DNA of 59,749 bases from positions 1 through 59,749 of the forward strand of contig JBQLZK010000048.1 in the NCBI GenBank assembly GCA_052168235.1. Direction: 5' to 3'. The position numbers and the translations under genes were made by a program. Positions within the stretch are counted from its first letter, which is position 1; every line of letters begins with the position of its first letter. This document shows, in pieces, positions 49,824-59,749 of the stretch. The DNA is from Thainema sp. GTDB taxonomy: Bacteria > Cyanobacteriota > Cyanobacteriia > Phormidesmidales > Phormidesmidaceae. The notes under the pieces were generated by a model. That model did not search any database. It was not told the DNA's origin and saw only the letters and a list, made by a program, of their open reading frames with translations.

Positions 49824-50948
49824 TTAGATCATTGTAGCTAATTGCGTTGCGGCGGTGACTCCAGACTGGAGGGCATCTTCAATGCTGTTGCCCAAACACC
49901 AGTCTCCGCAGCAAATCAGCGGTAGGGGCACACTGACCGCTAGACAAGCTTTCCCAAGGGGTTGGCGGGTAAAGGCGTAGCGCCAGCGATGCGCCTGCAT
50001 CCAATCCGGATTAGCCCACTCAGGCCGATCAAGTTCAGCCAGTGCAGCTAGAAGCTCTGCACCAGCGGACTGTAGGTCATCAGCATCCAAATATCGTTTG
50101 GCAAAGGTTGCCGTACTTTGGAGCAGCAGCAGTGGCTGCTCAGATTGATGAGCTTTCGACTGCTCCAAGCTGATCCAGGACAGCATCGGATGATCCATTA
50201 GCTGGAGCGCCTGCCACTGCCTCAACAGTTGTGCGTCCTCAGTCACTTGCGCACTGGCATATCCAGCCATAACGCTGATGCAAGGATCAAACGCTACAGA
50301 CTGAATATGCTGCGGCACATCTGGCGACAGCCCATCTTTAACCAGTGGAGCTAACAACGGCAGAGCCTGCGGTGCTGGAACAGCTAACACAACGGCCTTA
50401 GCACAGGCCAAGTTCTCTGCGTCAGAACTGGATGCAAACTGAATTTGCCATTGGCCCGATGACGATTGGCCTAGTGATGTCGGAGCGATCGCAGTTGCAC
50501 GTCGGTTCCGATGAATAGTCAAATCTTGAGCGATAAGCTTTGCGATCGCAGTTAAACCCACAGGTGAAACGTAAATACCATCCGACTGGTCAGCATCCTG
50601 GTTGAGTGACATCACCGGCCCCGATTGCTCCCACTTGCCGATGGAACCTCTCCAAGGCTGCAAGATGTCGTGATTGAGCAATATGCGGAGCAGAGATTGA
50701 CTCTGTTCGCCTTGAGCCTGCCAGTAGCGCACTCCATGATCCATCCAGGCGGATTGAATGCGCCGAGTCGCTAGCCGTCCCCCCAGACCACGCGATTTAT
50801 CAAAGACTTCAACGGTCAAACCACTGTGCTGAAGCTGTCGAGCACAAGTTAAACCTGCTAATCCTGCACCAATGACGGCTACATCCACTACTCCATCATC
50901 TGTCGATCTCGATTGTGTCATCCGCTGCTGACCGCTAATTGACCCCAT
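49824..50948 (-). CDS. Renalase-like FAD-dependent oxidoreductase
   Basis: GAGLAG, DKSRGLGGRLATRR, DHG, HRWRYA, CGDW. Confidence 0.85.
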   Translation of the reverse strand: MGSISGQQRMTQSRSTDDGVVDVAVIGAGLAGLTCARQLQHSGLTVEVFDKSRGLGGRLATRRIQSAWMDHGVRYWQAQGEQSQSLLRILLNHDILQPWRGSIGKWEQSGPVMSLNQDADQSDGIYVSPVGLTAIAKLIAQDLTIHRNRRATAIAPTSLGQSSSGQWQIQFASSSDAENLACAKAVVLAVPAPQALPLLAPLVKDGLSPDVPQHIQSVAFDPCISVMAGYASAQVTEDAQLLRQWQALQLMDHPMLSWISLEQSKAHQSEQPLLLLQSTATFAKRYLDADDLQSAGAELLAALAELDRPEWANPDWMQAHRWRYAFTRQPLGKACLAVSVPLPLICCGDWCLGNSIEDALQSGVTAATQLATMI

Positions 50949-51141
50949 GTTGCCTTTTATTCTAGGAACTTATCTCAAAAACGAACCTAGCGAGGTGTAA
51001 TGCAATCCCTAAAGGCTGGGTAGCCATCTAGGGATTGAAGGGCCATGCCTGGTAGGATGCCAAGCACCACGCCGCCGCATAAAGGGATCACCACAGGCAC
51101 CAATAATTCAATAACGCAGCAGATGAATAACGCAGCAAAAC

Positions 51142-51759
51142 TTACTCTGCATCAGCTTGAAAATAAGACTTGATGCCGCCCCAGAAGCTTTTGAGTAAAT
51201 CACCTAATCCTGGCGGAATCTCCGCTTCAACATCCAGGAACTCAGCAATGCTCTCGGCCAGCAGCTTTTGATGCTCGCGATTTTCGTAATAGCGACTCGT
51301 GAGCGGCAACTGCTGTCTCTCATCCAGCACCAAAACAATCCGGTAAGCCGGAGCAGGGACTTCCACAACCTCATTTTCGACCAAACCGTTGGTGGATGAG
51401 TTCCCCGTAATTGATTTCAGGGGCTGTTCTAGCTTGACTTTCGTAATATCCTTCAGCCGCAAGCGCTCACAGTTGGTACGCAACACGCCTCGATTGATCA
51501 TCGTCAACGTGCCAGTCGCCTTATCAAAATCGCAGCGCAGCAAACAGCCTCGTCGCAAAATCATCAAACCCACCAGCAAAAACAGGCCACCAAAGAAACC
51601 GTTAGCTGCCGTTGAAATCGCTAACTCACTGGTGCCATAGATAAATCCACTGGTGATGATATAAGTGCCCAACACCGCAAAGACGCTGCCGAAAATCCAG
51701 GTTTCTAGCGGCACGTCTCGAATTTGTAAATGCGTTGAAGTGCGTTTGGCAATCTTCAT
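51142..51759 (-). CDS. Hypothetical membrane protein
   Basis: Two TMs followed by a beta-rich domain. Confidence 0.65.
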   Translation of the reverse strand: MKIAKRTSTHLQIRDVPLETWIFGSVFAVLGTYIITSGFIYGTSELAISTAANGFFGGLFLLVGLMILRRGCLLRCDFDKATGTLTMINRGVLRTNCERLRLKDITKVKLEQPLKSITGNSSTNGLVENEVVEVPAPAYRIVLVLDERQQLPLTSRYYENREHQKLLAESIAEFLDVEAEIPPGLGDLLKSFWGGIKSYFQADAE

Positions 51760-52028
51760 CGGGGTTCAAAGGGGTGCTTAATCTAGTTTTACCAAATGTT
51801 TTCAACCTGCGATCGCAGTTGTTGAGGGGATCACAGTTTCTTTCAAGAACGATGACAGACTGGCTCGTGATCCCACGTTTCTTTACAAAACGCATCAATC
51901 TGTTTAGTTGGATTAAATCTTTGAGATATGGTGATCAAAGGCTAATTTTTGGGTTGCTCCAGTATGTGCTGGGGCAGATGTGTAATCCACTACTGAGTAC
52001 TGGCTGTTCTAGCTTAACGTTTCCTTTT

Positions 52029-53225
52029 ATGACCCTGGCATATCCTCACAAAAAAGCGAAAGCGCTCCGCCCAGGGGCGCGTCGTCCGGCCAAAGAACTC
52101 TGTAGTGAGTGCGGCCTCTGCGACACCTATTACATTCACTACGTAAAAGAGGCTTGTGCCTTTATCAATCAGCAGATTCCCGACCTAGAGCAGCAGGCGC
52201 ACGGGCGCAGCCGCGATTTAGAGAATGAGAACGATGTCTACTTCGGCGTGCATCAGGACATGATGGCCGCTCGCAAACAGCAGCCAATTGAGGGTGCTCA
52301 GTGGACGGGGATCGTGAGTGCGATCGCAATTGAAATGCTGAATCGCAAGCTGGTCGAAGGCGTAGTTTGCGTCCAGAACACCGAGGAGGATCGGTTTCAG
52401 CCGATGCCCGTGATTGCCCGCACACCAGAGGAAATCCTGGCGGCACGGGTGAACAAGCCAACGCTGTCGCCCAATTTGTCGGTGCTGGAGCAAATTGAGC
52501 AGTCCGGCATGAAGCGGCTACTCGTAATCGGCGTCGGCTGTCAAATTCAGGCGTTACGCGCCGTTGAAAAACAGCTTGGCTTGGAAAAGCTCTACGTGCT
52601 GGGCACGCCCTGCGTCGATAACGTGACCCGCGCCGGACTGCAAAAATTCCTCGACACCACTAGCCGCTCCCCAGATACGGTCGTCTATTACGAATTCATG
52701 CAGGACTTCCGGGTTCACTTCAAGCATGAAGACGGCTCCCACGAAACGGTGCCGTTCTTTGGCCTGAAAACTAATCAGCTCAAGGATGTGTTTGCGCCCT
52801 CCTGCATGAGCTGCTTTGATTACGTCAATTCCCTGGCTGATTTAGTCGTGGGCTATATGGGCGCACCGTTTGGCTGGCAGTGGATTGTGGTGCGGAATCA
52901 GACCGGACGCGAAATGCTGGATCTAGTGATGAATCAGCTCGATACGCAGCCCGTTGAGTCGAAAGGCGATCGCCATAACGCCGTGCAGCAGAGCATTCCT
53001 GCCTACGACAAAGGCGTAACGCTGCCCATGTGGGCTGCGAAGCTGATGGGAGTCGTGATTGACCGGATCGGGCCACGGGGCTTGGAATACGCTCGGTTCT
53101 CGATTGACTCGCACTTTACCCGCAATTACCTCTACACGCGGCGCAATCATCCCGAGAAGCTGGAGGAGCACGTGCCGGAATATGCCAAGCGCATCGTCAG
53201 TCAGTACAAGCTACCGGACGAGTAG
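52029..53225 (+). CDS. cvrA: 8-vinyl (divinyl) chlorophyllide reductase, FrhB-type
   Basis: CSECGLC, GAQWTGIV, GVGCQ, GTPCVDN, SCMSCFDY; start ATG 52029 avoids overlap with the divergent gene. Confidence 0.88.
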   Translation: MTLAYPHKKAKALRPGARRPAKELCSECGLCDTYYIHYVKEACAFINQQIPDLEQQAHGRSRDLENENDVYFGVHQDMMAARKQQPIEGAQWTGIVSAIAIEMLNRKLVEGVVCVQNTEEDRFQPMPVIARTPEEILAARVNKPTLSPNLSVLEQIEQSGMKRLLVIGVGCQIQALRAVEKQLGLEKLYVLGTPCVDNVTRAGLQKFLDTTSRSPDTVVYYEFMQDFRVHFKHEDGSHETVPFFGLKTNQLKDVFAPSCMSCFDYVNSLADLVVGYMGAPFGWQWIVVRNQTGREMLDLVMNQLDTQPVESKGDRHNAVQQSIPAYDKGVTLPMWAAKLMGVVIDRIGPRGLEYARFSIDSHFTRNYLYTRRNHPEKLEEHVPEYAKRIVSQYKLPDE

Positions 53226-53242
53226 TGGCAACCTCACATCAC

Positions 53243-53568
53243 GTAGGGGCGAGCGGCGGCTCGCCCTCTTCCAGTTTTGTCGGTTGGGTTGAGCCACACG
53301 GATGCTGTTGGCGAATATTTCGTTGCAACCTTCCCCCTCTCCCTAAATTTCTCTCCCAACTTTGGGAGCTTTGTAGTAGCGCGGCAAGCCTAAACTGTTG
53401 GGTAAAGAAATTCCTCAAATTGTTGATATCTCGTTGAGCAAGCATTGGATTTACCCAGCAAATTAGCGTAGACGCGCTAGTAGGTTGGGTTGAGCCATGC
53501 GAAACCCAACAATATCAACCGCAAAATCATAAACGGGGTGTTGAGTTTCCTTCGTCAACCCAACCGAC
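53243..53568. repeat. Mosaic cluster of REP/REPIN-like repeats between convergent genes
   Basis: GTAGGGGCGAGC..GCTCGCCC (53243), GTCGGTTGGGTTGAG (53279), CCCCTCTCCCTAAATTTCTCTCCCAACTTTGGGAG (~53334), inverted REP pair at 53480-53510 and 53540-53568. Confidence 0.75.
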
Positions 53569-53572
53569 GCGG

Positions 53573-54682
53573 CTAGGTATCAATTCGCTGTCCGGTGTTG
53601 GGATCGAAGAGGAAAAGCTGGTTGATGTCCAGCGCGATCGCAAGTCGATCCCCAACTTTAGGAATGCGATCTGGCGTTGTTAGCAGATTCAGCGAGTAGC
53701 CTGTGCCGTTCGTTTCCGGTAACTTTGCTCGCACCAGCACTTCGCGGCCCAAGGGTTCAACGAGGGTGACTTCAACTGTGAGGTGGTTGGTGGGTGATGA
53801 TTGATCGCTGATGTCGCTGACTGAACCAACCTTGATCGCTTCCGGGCGGATGCCGAGGGTGAGTTTTTGTTGCGGTTGGAGATGCGATCGCAGTTTCTCC
53901 ACACACCCTACTACCTGCTGACCGACCTTAAACTGCTCGCCGTCATAGGTGGCAGGTAGCAAATTCATTGGCGGATTGCCCAGAAATGTCGCCACCATTT
54001 GATTTTTAGGACTGGCGTAAACCTGCTGCGGTGAACCAATTTGCTGAATTTCGCCTCGATCCAGCACCACAATCTGATCGGCCAGCGTCATCGCTTCCAC
54101 CTGATCGTGCGTGACGTAGATCGTGGTGATGCCGTAGCGCTGGTGGAGCTGCTTCAGTTCGGCGCGGGTGTCGTCCCTCAACTGAGCATCCAGGTTAGAC
54201 AGCGGTTCATCGAGTAAAAATACGCGGGGCTGACGTGCGATCGCACGTCCCAGAGCCACCCGCTGCTGCTGTCCACCGGAGAGCTGCTTGGGTTTGCGGT
54301 CGAGTAAATGACGAATGCCCAGTGCTTGCGCTACCTGTTCGGTTTGCTGCTGAATTTGGCTGTCGTCTGCGCCCCGCATTTTGAGGCCAAAGGCCAAATT
54401 TTCGGCCACGGTCATGTGGGGATAGAGCGCATAGTTTTGAAACACCATCGCCACGTCGCGCTGGCGGGCTGGCACGGCATTGACTAGTTGATCGCCAATG
54501 TAAAGCTGTCCGTCTGAAACGGGTTCTAATCCGGCAATGGTGCGGAGAATGGTGGACTTGCCGCAGCCGGATGGCCCAACCAGCACCCAAAATTCACCGT
54601 CTGGAATGGTGAAGGTGATATCGCGGATAGCAACTGTATTTTCGAATCGTCGGGTGATGCGATCGCACTTAACTTCAGCCAT
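53573..54682 (-). CDS. Sugar ABC transporter ATP-binding protein (MalK-type)
   Basis: GPSGCGKS, VFQNYALYPH, LSGGQQQR, DEPLSNLD, TOBE tail. Confidence 0.92.
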   Translation of the reverse strand: MAEVKCDRITRRFENTVAIRDITFTIPDGEFWVLVGPSGCGKSTILRTIAGLEPVSDGQLYIGDQLVNAVPARQRDVAMVFQNYALYPHMTVAENLAFGLKMRGADDSQIQQQTEQVAQALGIRHLLDRKPKQLSGGQQQRVALGRAIARQPRVFLLDEPLSNLDAQLRDDTRAELKQLHQRYGITTIYVTHDQVEAMTLADQIVVLDRGEIQQIGSPQQVYASPKNQMVATFLGNPPMNLLPATYDGEQFKVGQQVVGCVEKLRSHLQPQQKLTLGIRPEAIKVGSVSDISDQSSPTNHLTVEVTLVEPLGREVLVRAKLPETNGTGYSLNLLTTPDRIPKVGDRLAIALDINQLFLFDPNTGQRIDT

Positions 54683-54859
54683 ATGTGTTCGAACCTCGTA
54701 GGTCAGGCATCTTGCCTAACGCTGAACTGAGCCGCCAAAATGTCTATTTTATGGTTTTATCCGAAATTTGCTCAGAAGAACCAGTTTTACTTTGTGAAAG
54801 TGCGATCGCACTAAAATACAAATTTCTAACTAAACGTACCTGCTGAGAATAATACTTTT

Positions 54860-55531
54860 ATGTCAGATTTACTAGATTCTTTAAACCACATCTTGCGATG
54901 GATGGAGAAAAATGAACAATATATGTGTTTAATGCCAGGATTATCTACATCTGAAATAGCAGAAAAATCTAGAGGTTTACCTTTCTCATTACCTCTTGAA
55001 ATGTATGAACTATATCAATGGAGGAACGGCTGGAATATTTGCTGCCCAGAGCTATGCCGTACTCTAGATTGCATGAGTTTTTTCCCGCTAGAAGAGGCAG
55101 TAGCAGAATATCACTCCAGCCTTGATGAATACAGAAGATATGGAGTTATTTGGTATCGTCAATGGTTTCCCATTTTTCAGGTTGATGCAACCTGGATATT
55201 TGTTTCTTGTGCTGAAAAGCAACTAGATTCTTCTCCAATATTTAGCTATGACTTTAAAGATCATGCTGATATTAGACCCAAAGTAACGTATCTCAATCTA
55301 ACATCCATGATGCAAACGATAGCTGAGTGTTGGGATAGGGGAGCATACTACATAGCAGAAAGTCCCTATGAGCCAGGAGCTTACTTAGTAAAGAAAAACT
55401 TTGAGCTTTTTGAGCAGATTCGTTACAAGAATAATCCAGATGTTGACCAGCTTCGAGATATCTTAATTCCAGAAGAAGAGTTTTATAGCAAAAGATTTTA
55501 TAACAAAAATGCTTGGTGGGATGGCACTTGA
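54860..55531 (+). CDS. SMI1/KNR4-family protein
   Basis: LMPGLSTSEI...LPFSLP.EMYELYQWRNG...WFPIF; AT-rich. Confidence 0.72.
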   Translation: MSDLLDSLNHILRWMEKNEQYMCLMPGLSTSEIAEKSRGLPFSLPLEMYELYQWRNGWNICCPELCRTLDCMSFFPLEEAVAEYHSSLDEYRRYGVIWYRQWFPIFQVDATWIFVSCAEKQLDSSPIFSYDFKDHADIRPKVTYLNLTSMMQTIAECWDRGAYYIAESPYEPGAYLVKKNFELFEQIRYKNNPDVDQLRDILIPEEEFYSKRFYNKNAWWDGT

Positions 55532-55661
55532 TTTCTATAGATTTAGCGCGATCGCACTTCTCGCGTAGGGTGCTGTTAAGCAAAGCCGTAACGCACCGTC
55601 CCACTGATCAGCAGTGTAGCCTGCAAGATCTGCGATCGCGCTTCAATTCAATTACATATCA

Positions 55662-55795
55662 TCACGACTCCAAATTTTCTGACTGCAATCTCCGTCTCAA
55701 CTCTCGCAGCATCGTGCTGGTTCCGCCTGTAAATGCCTGCTGCACCAGTCGAGGAATCATATCTGCGATCGCTAAATCTGGGAAGGCATTAAAGC
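55662..55795 (-). pseudogene. Possible C-terminal fragment of a Uma2-type protein
   Basis: AFPDLAIADMIPRLVQQAFTGGTSTMLRELRRRL resembles cyanobacterial Uma2 C-termini; lies between HIP1 sites. Confidence 0.35.
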
Positions 55796-55849
55796 TGATT
55801 TTATGGTAGCGATTGTTTGCCGCTATGATTTGCGATCGCGTAGGGTGCC

Positions 55850-56476
55850 TTAGGACTTGTAGGCGCAAATCACTTGTAGACTTCCGCCTGCTGGAAAGTG
55901 AGTTTGCTTGAGCTGAAAGCCTGCATTCTGAAGCACGTGAGGGAGGTCAAGCCCAATCAGATTCCAAGCAGATTGGTTCTCAAACAGCCATAGAAACAGA
56001 TAGAGATTCCACCGCAGCAGTCTATGCGTCGGGCGATGAAAATCGACTAGCGTAAAGCACCCACCGGGCTTCAAAACCCGATGAACTTCTTGAATGATTT
56101 GTCTGAACTGCTGAGGGGCCATTTCATGCAGAGTTGCACTGGTATGAACACAGTCAAACGAACTATCCTCGAAGGGCATATTCTCAGCCCACGCTTCGAC
56201 GTAGTCAGCCTGTGGCACCCGTCTCCGCGCCCGTTGAATGGCTAAGGGGTCACAGTCTAAACCTACGACAAAGTTAGACTTTTGCACCAAGTATTGGGTT
56301 GCTTGTCCACTACCACAGCACAAATCTAAGATGCGATCGCAGGGCTGAAGCGTAACCGCTTGAATGGGCAGCAGCCGAAATTTTTTCTCTCCGCCAACGG
56401 GCAAAGATGAAATTCCCACAATCAAGTCAAATAGCCACTGATAGCGATAACACCAATTTCGCAAGATCGTTGCCAC
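55850..56476 (-). CDS. Class I SAM-dependent methyltransferase
   Basis: LDLCCGSG, AENMPFED..FD, LHE, RVLKPGG. Confidence 0.88.
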   Translation of the reverse strand: MATILRNWCYRYQWLFDLIVGISSLPVGGEKKFRLLPIQAVTLQPCDRILDLCCGSGQATQYLVQKSNFVVGLDCDPLAIQRARRRVPQADYVEAWAENMPFEDSSFDCVHTSATLHEMAPQQFRQIIQEVHRVLKPGGCFTLVDFHRPTHRLLRWNLYLFLWLFENQSAWNLIGLDLPHVLQNAGFQLKQTHFPAGGSLQVICAYKS

Positions 56477-56563
56477 ATCAGCCTCCTAACTGAATAGGGT
56501 TTACGGGATTTATCACTCTTCGCTTTAACCAAAGGTTGAATCAATCCGCCTTTCTAGCAGAAA

Positions 56564-57178
56564 CTACGCTGCCTCAACCGTTAGATCCTGAGTCGCTAGA
56601 TCAAACAACCCGTTCAGCACACTGAATAATTTTTTTAGGTCAGTAATAGTATAACTCGCCGTATTCTTGGTAAATACCTGATGGTTTAAGCGACCAAATT
56701 CCCAAAGTTTTCCATCCGTGACAATACCGTAAATCGGTCGAGCGCTAGCATTGAGGCGATCAGCCGCAACCATTTCAGCCAAGCATTGTCCCCATCCTTG
56801 TTCAAAGTCATTCCGCTTGGCTTCAATCAACAGGACGAGTGGAGTTTCTAAGATCGTCTTGCCTAAACTTGACTTACGGGAAAGCATATAATCTGGAGTT
56901 CCATTCAGCTTGCCATCGACTACAAACGACTTTTGTATCCAGAGGGCAGCTTTAGTTGAATAGCGTTTGTAGACTTCTCGAATGACTGGAAAAATTACTA
57001 ATTCGCATCGAGCGGCTTCAGATGAAAAAGCATCCATCACCGTTAGGTTAAAGTCAAATTCATTCAGAAACAGCGCTGGAACATCCGTCCATAATTCCGG
57101 CACGAAGTCTTCTTCTTGATATCGAATTTGGAATTCTTGTTGAACTTGCTCAAGACTTTTATAGTCGCTAAACGCCAT
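56564..57178 (-). CDS. PD-(D/E)xK-like hypothetical protein
   Basis: GTPDY...LIEAK...GWGQCLAEM...IYGIVTDG..W.F; AGGAGG RBS supports ATG 57178. Confidence 0.7.
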   Translation of the reverse strand: MAFSDYKSLEQVQQEFQIRYQEEDFVPELWTDVPALFLNEFDFNLTVMDAFSSEAARCELVIFPVIREVYKRYSTKAALWIQKSFVVDGKLNGTPDYMLSRKSSLGKTILETPLVLLIEAKRNDFEQGWGQCLAEMVAADRLNASARPIYGIVTDGKLWEFGRLNHQVFTKNTASYTITDLKKLFSVLNGLFDLATQDLTVEAA

Positions 57179-57216
57179 AATTGTCCTCCTGATCTGAAGA
57201 CTGATGCCCTTAACTA

Positions 57217-58371
57217 TCAACCCTCCTGCCGAATCGCTTCAATGATTTTGACATTAGCATTGGGAAACGGATATTGATCTAATTCTGCCGCTGTCACCCA
57301 CTTAATTTCATCGCACTCAATCGGCTGTGGTTCGCCGCTCAGGTGACGGCAGTTGTAGACATTCAGCACCACATGGAAGTGCGAGTAGGTATGCTCAATC
57401 GTGATCAGGTGATCGTCAACGGCAATTTCGATGCCCAGTTCTTCTTTAATTTCCCGCTGAATGCAGGCTTGAATCGTTTCATCGGGTTCAACTTTACCGC
57501 CCGGAAACTCCCAGAGTCCGCCGAGCAGACCTTTCTGAGGCCGACGATCAATCAAAATCTTGCCCTGGTCATCACGAATGACGGCGACGCCAATGGTTTT
57601 GGTCGGTAAGGGAGAACGAGTTTCGCGCATGGGAAGTTGATGCTGGAGGTTGAGGGAATGAGCTTGGCAAAAATCCTGCCACGGACAGGTCGGACAATTG
57701 GGCTGTTTGGGCGTACAAATCGTCGCACCTAAGTCCATCAGCGCTTGGTTGAAGTCGCGTGGATTATCCGGGTCAAGCAGGGTTTCGGAATATTGCCACA
57801 GGGATTGTAGCGCTTTCCGGGGCGGCACGGGCAAGGCCATTACTCGCCCCAGCACCCGCTTGACGTTGCCATCGAGAATCGCCACGGGCTGATTGTAGGC
57901 CGAGCTTAAAATGCCGCCTGCGGTCGTGCGGCCAATGCCGGGAAGCGCCACAACGTCATCAAACGTGGTCGGAAACTGGCCGTTGTGCTGCTCCACAATC
58001 ATCTGGGCGGCCTGGTGCAGATTGCGGGCGCGGGCATAGTAGCCGAGTCCCTGCCAGAGCTTCAGCACCTCCTGCTGATCGGCTTTGGCGAGATCCTGTA
58101 CGGTGGGAAATCGCTCTAGCCACCGTTCGTAGTAGGGCATGACGGTCTTCACCTGGGTCTGCTGGAGCATAATCTCAGAAATCCAGATGCGATAGGGATC
58201 GCCGATATTCCGCCAGGGTAAATCGCGCCCGACTTGCTGGTACCAGGTCAATAAACACTGACGCATTTGGGATAGGCGGGTGCTTGTCCACTTCTGAGCC
58301 GATCCAGTGGCATCGCTAACGCGGGCTGAGCGGTTGGGAGAGGGATTGGGGTATTTTGAAGACGGGGACAC
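57217..58371 (-). CDS. mutY: A/G-specific adenine glycosylase with C-terminal Nudix domain
   Basis: SEIMLQQT, WQGLGYY, LPGIG..TA, DGNV, Fe-S motif C-X6-C-X2-C-X5-C. Confidence 0.95.
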   Translation of the reverse strand: MSPSSKYPNPSPNRSARVSDATGSAQKWTSTRLSQMRQCLLTWYQQVGRDLPWRNIGDPYRIWISEIMLQQTQVKTVMPYYERWLERFPTVQDLAKADQQEVLKLWQGLGYYARARNLHQAAQMIVEQHNGQFPTTFDDVVALPGIGRTTAGGILSSAYNQPVAILDGNVKRVLGRVMALPVPPRKALQSLWQYSETLLDPDNPRDFNQALMDLGATICTPKQPNCPTCPWQDFCQAHSLNLQHQLPMRETRSPLPTKTIGVAVIRDDQGKILIDRRPQKGLLGGLWEFPGGKVEPDETIQACIQREIKEELGIEIAVDDHLITIEHTYSHFHVVLNVYNCRHLSGEPQPIECDEIKWVTAAELDQYPFPNANVKIIEAIRQEG

Positions 58372-58382
58372 AGTTGTTATTG

Positions 58383-58442
58383 GTAGGGCTGAGGCACGAA
58401 ACTCAACATCCGCAAGGGTTTCGCTTCGCTAAACCATCCTAC
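58383..58442. repeat. Degenerate inverted GTAG-REP pair
   Basis: GTAGGGCTGAGGCACGAAACTCAAC ... GGGTTTCGCTTCGCTAAACCATCCTAC. Confidence 0.6.
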
Positions 58443-58567
58443 ACAACTCTGTAGAGAAATCACCAATTGCTGTGTTCTTGTGGGTGTAGCGAGGTGCGAT
58501 CGCACTCAAAATATCAGTCTCAACGACAAAAGAGATGTTCATTACTTGTGTTGCACGGAAGAGTAAA

Positions 58568-59700
58568 CTAAGTTTCTCTCAAAACTTTCCACAAAAAGAA
58601 AGCTGGATTTTGTCGTACTTGGTTTGAAGAGTCAACAAAAGGTTTGTATCCTCTAGCAGCCGCAACAGCAGCGGATAGAGCAGCAAATCCCCATGAATGA
58701 GTTTGAATTGATGCAAGCAGTCCCCCAGTTAATACAATGGCATCAAGAATTCCAATTCTTCTAATTTGCTTGATTTTCTGCTCAATAGCCTGAATTTGAA
58801 CAGCTTCCAACTCATGTAAAGCATTCTCGGCTCTCAGTTTTAATTCATGTGGATCTTCTATGAGTCTTAGTTCTCTAAATTGCTTTTCAAGATGTACTCT
58901 AAAATTCTGAAATTCTTCGCCGTTATTCATACGAATTGACATGACCGTAGCAATATCTAGATCTTCCAAAAATGGTAGCTCCATATTTAGAAGGATATTT
59001 GCCGTACTATTTTGTATGGTGTTTGAAGAACTGAAAAGATTAGTAAGCAAATTAAAAATAAATAATGACTCTGCTAAGTAAGAAGCATTAAATCTATCAG
59101 CTATTATGTTTCTCCATAGTATTTCGTCATAAATTTTCTTACAAGATAGATGAAAGGACTCAGTTACCCAGTTTGAAAAATCCTCTGAATTCGGAGGATT
59201 ATCTGGCAAATGCATTCTTGCGCGGAATGCTCCTTGCTTACCATCTATAGATTCAAAGCTGTTTTCAAATAAAATATACCATTCACCCCAAGTTGTATGA
59301 TCTTTGAATCCAATCTTGATTTCTCTACAAGGCTGTAAATCCATATACTGAATATATCCTGGGCTTCCATCCAAACGCCTAACGGAGTTGATTTCTACGT
59401 TCTCTTGGAAGAAGTCAATTATTGGTTTAGGCAAAATATCGGAGAAAAGATTTTCTGATGCGTATATTGGCAAACAATCGGAAGGTTCAATGTTATAGTT
59501 TATCGGTAATATTTTGACATAATCAGCAGCTACCATTGGTGTTAGCGATTTGATATACTTGACTCTTTTTACTATCTCACTTCTATTTATTGAATCTGCC
59601 TCTATGCCTAAATATGAGCTCATTGCGTTATCCCAATCTTTTGGATATCGGCTAATAGCAAAAAGTGGATCATCCAAAACATACTGCTCAATATATACAA
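58568..59700 (-). CDS. AT-rich hypothetical protein, probably 5'-disrupted
   Basis: 369+ aa; the frame stays open above TTG 59677 until TAG at 59725-59723 with no ATG; C-terminal hydrophobic segment then NPAFFLW. Confidence 0.6.
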
Positions 59701-59749
59701 CACTCCGGACAGATTTAGGAGGCTATCGCCCCGTAATCAAGCAGCTTTT

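Larger units (their letters stand above)
1607..58503. repeat. HIP1 octamer GCGATCGC, dispersed (roughly 80-90 copies by eye), often as TGCGATCGCA
   Basis: e.g. 1607, 10128, 24769, 37666, 38872, 54802, 55548, 58496; about one copy is expected by chance in 60 kb. Confidence 0.95.

Noticed and set aside
51735..52028. N-terminal extension of cvrA
   Set aside because: It overlaps the divergent gene; recognisable sequence starts at ATG 52029.
56564..57178. PD-(D/E)xK gene plus methyltransferase as a restriction-modification pair
   Set aside because: The neighbouring methyltransferase is a small-molecule class I type with no DPPY/NPPY or PCQ DNA-methylase motifs.

Overview
Chromosomal segment of a cyanobacterium, as shown by psaD, cikA, a helical carotenoid protein gene and dozens of HIP1 GCGATCGC octamers. 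Most of it is housekeeping genes (recN, rpiA, trpE, psaD, mgtE, nfuA, gshA, iscS, prmA, serA, trpB, cobN, cikA, nanE, cvrA, mutY) and signalling genes, with a few AT-rich, HIP1-free accessory genes and decayed toxin-antitoxin and Uma2 remnants. I found no CRISPR array, rRNA, tRNA, intact transposase or prophage. The most unusual signal is non-coding. Ten intergenic palindromes with roughly 14-30 bp arms share one architecture: A/T-run arms and a GC-rich apex, usually GC-N3-GC. Their sequences differ from each other, and nine of them sit inside four different MITE-like terminal shells. Five copies of one shell keep conserved ends but carry different, internally complementary cores. There are also many GTAG-type REP/REPIN elements (three repeat copies lie in frame inside cobN), two long perfect palindromes centred on HIP1, an NtcA-type promoter with a palindromic element in its leader, and a probable deletion scar that removed the 5' ends of two divergent genes. 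All homology calls come from motif recognition by eye; no searches were run.
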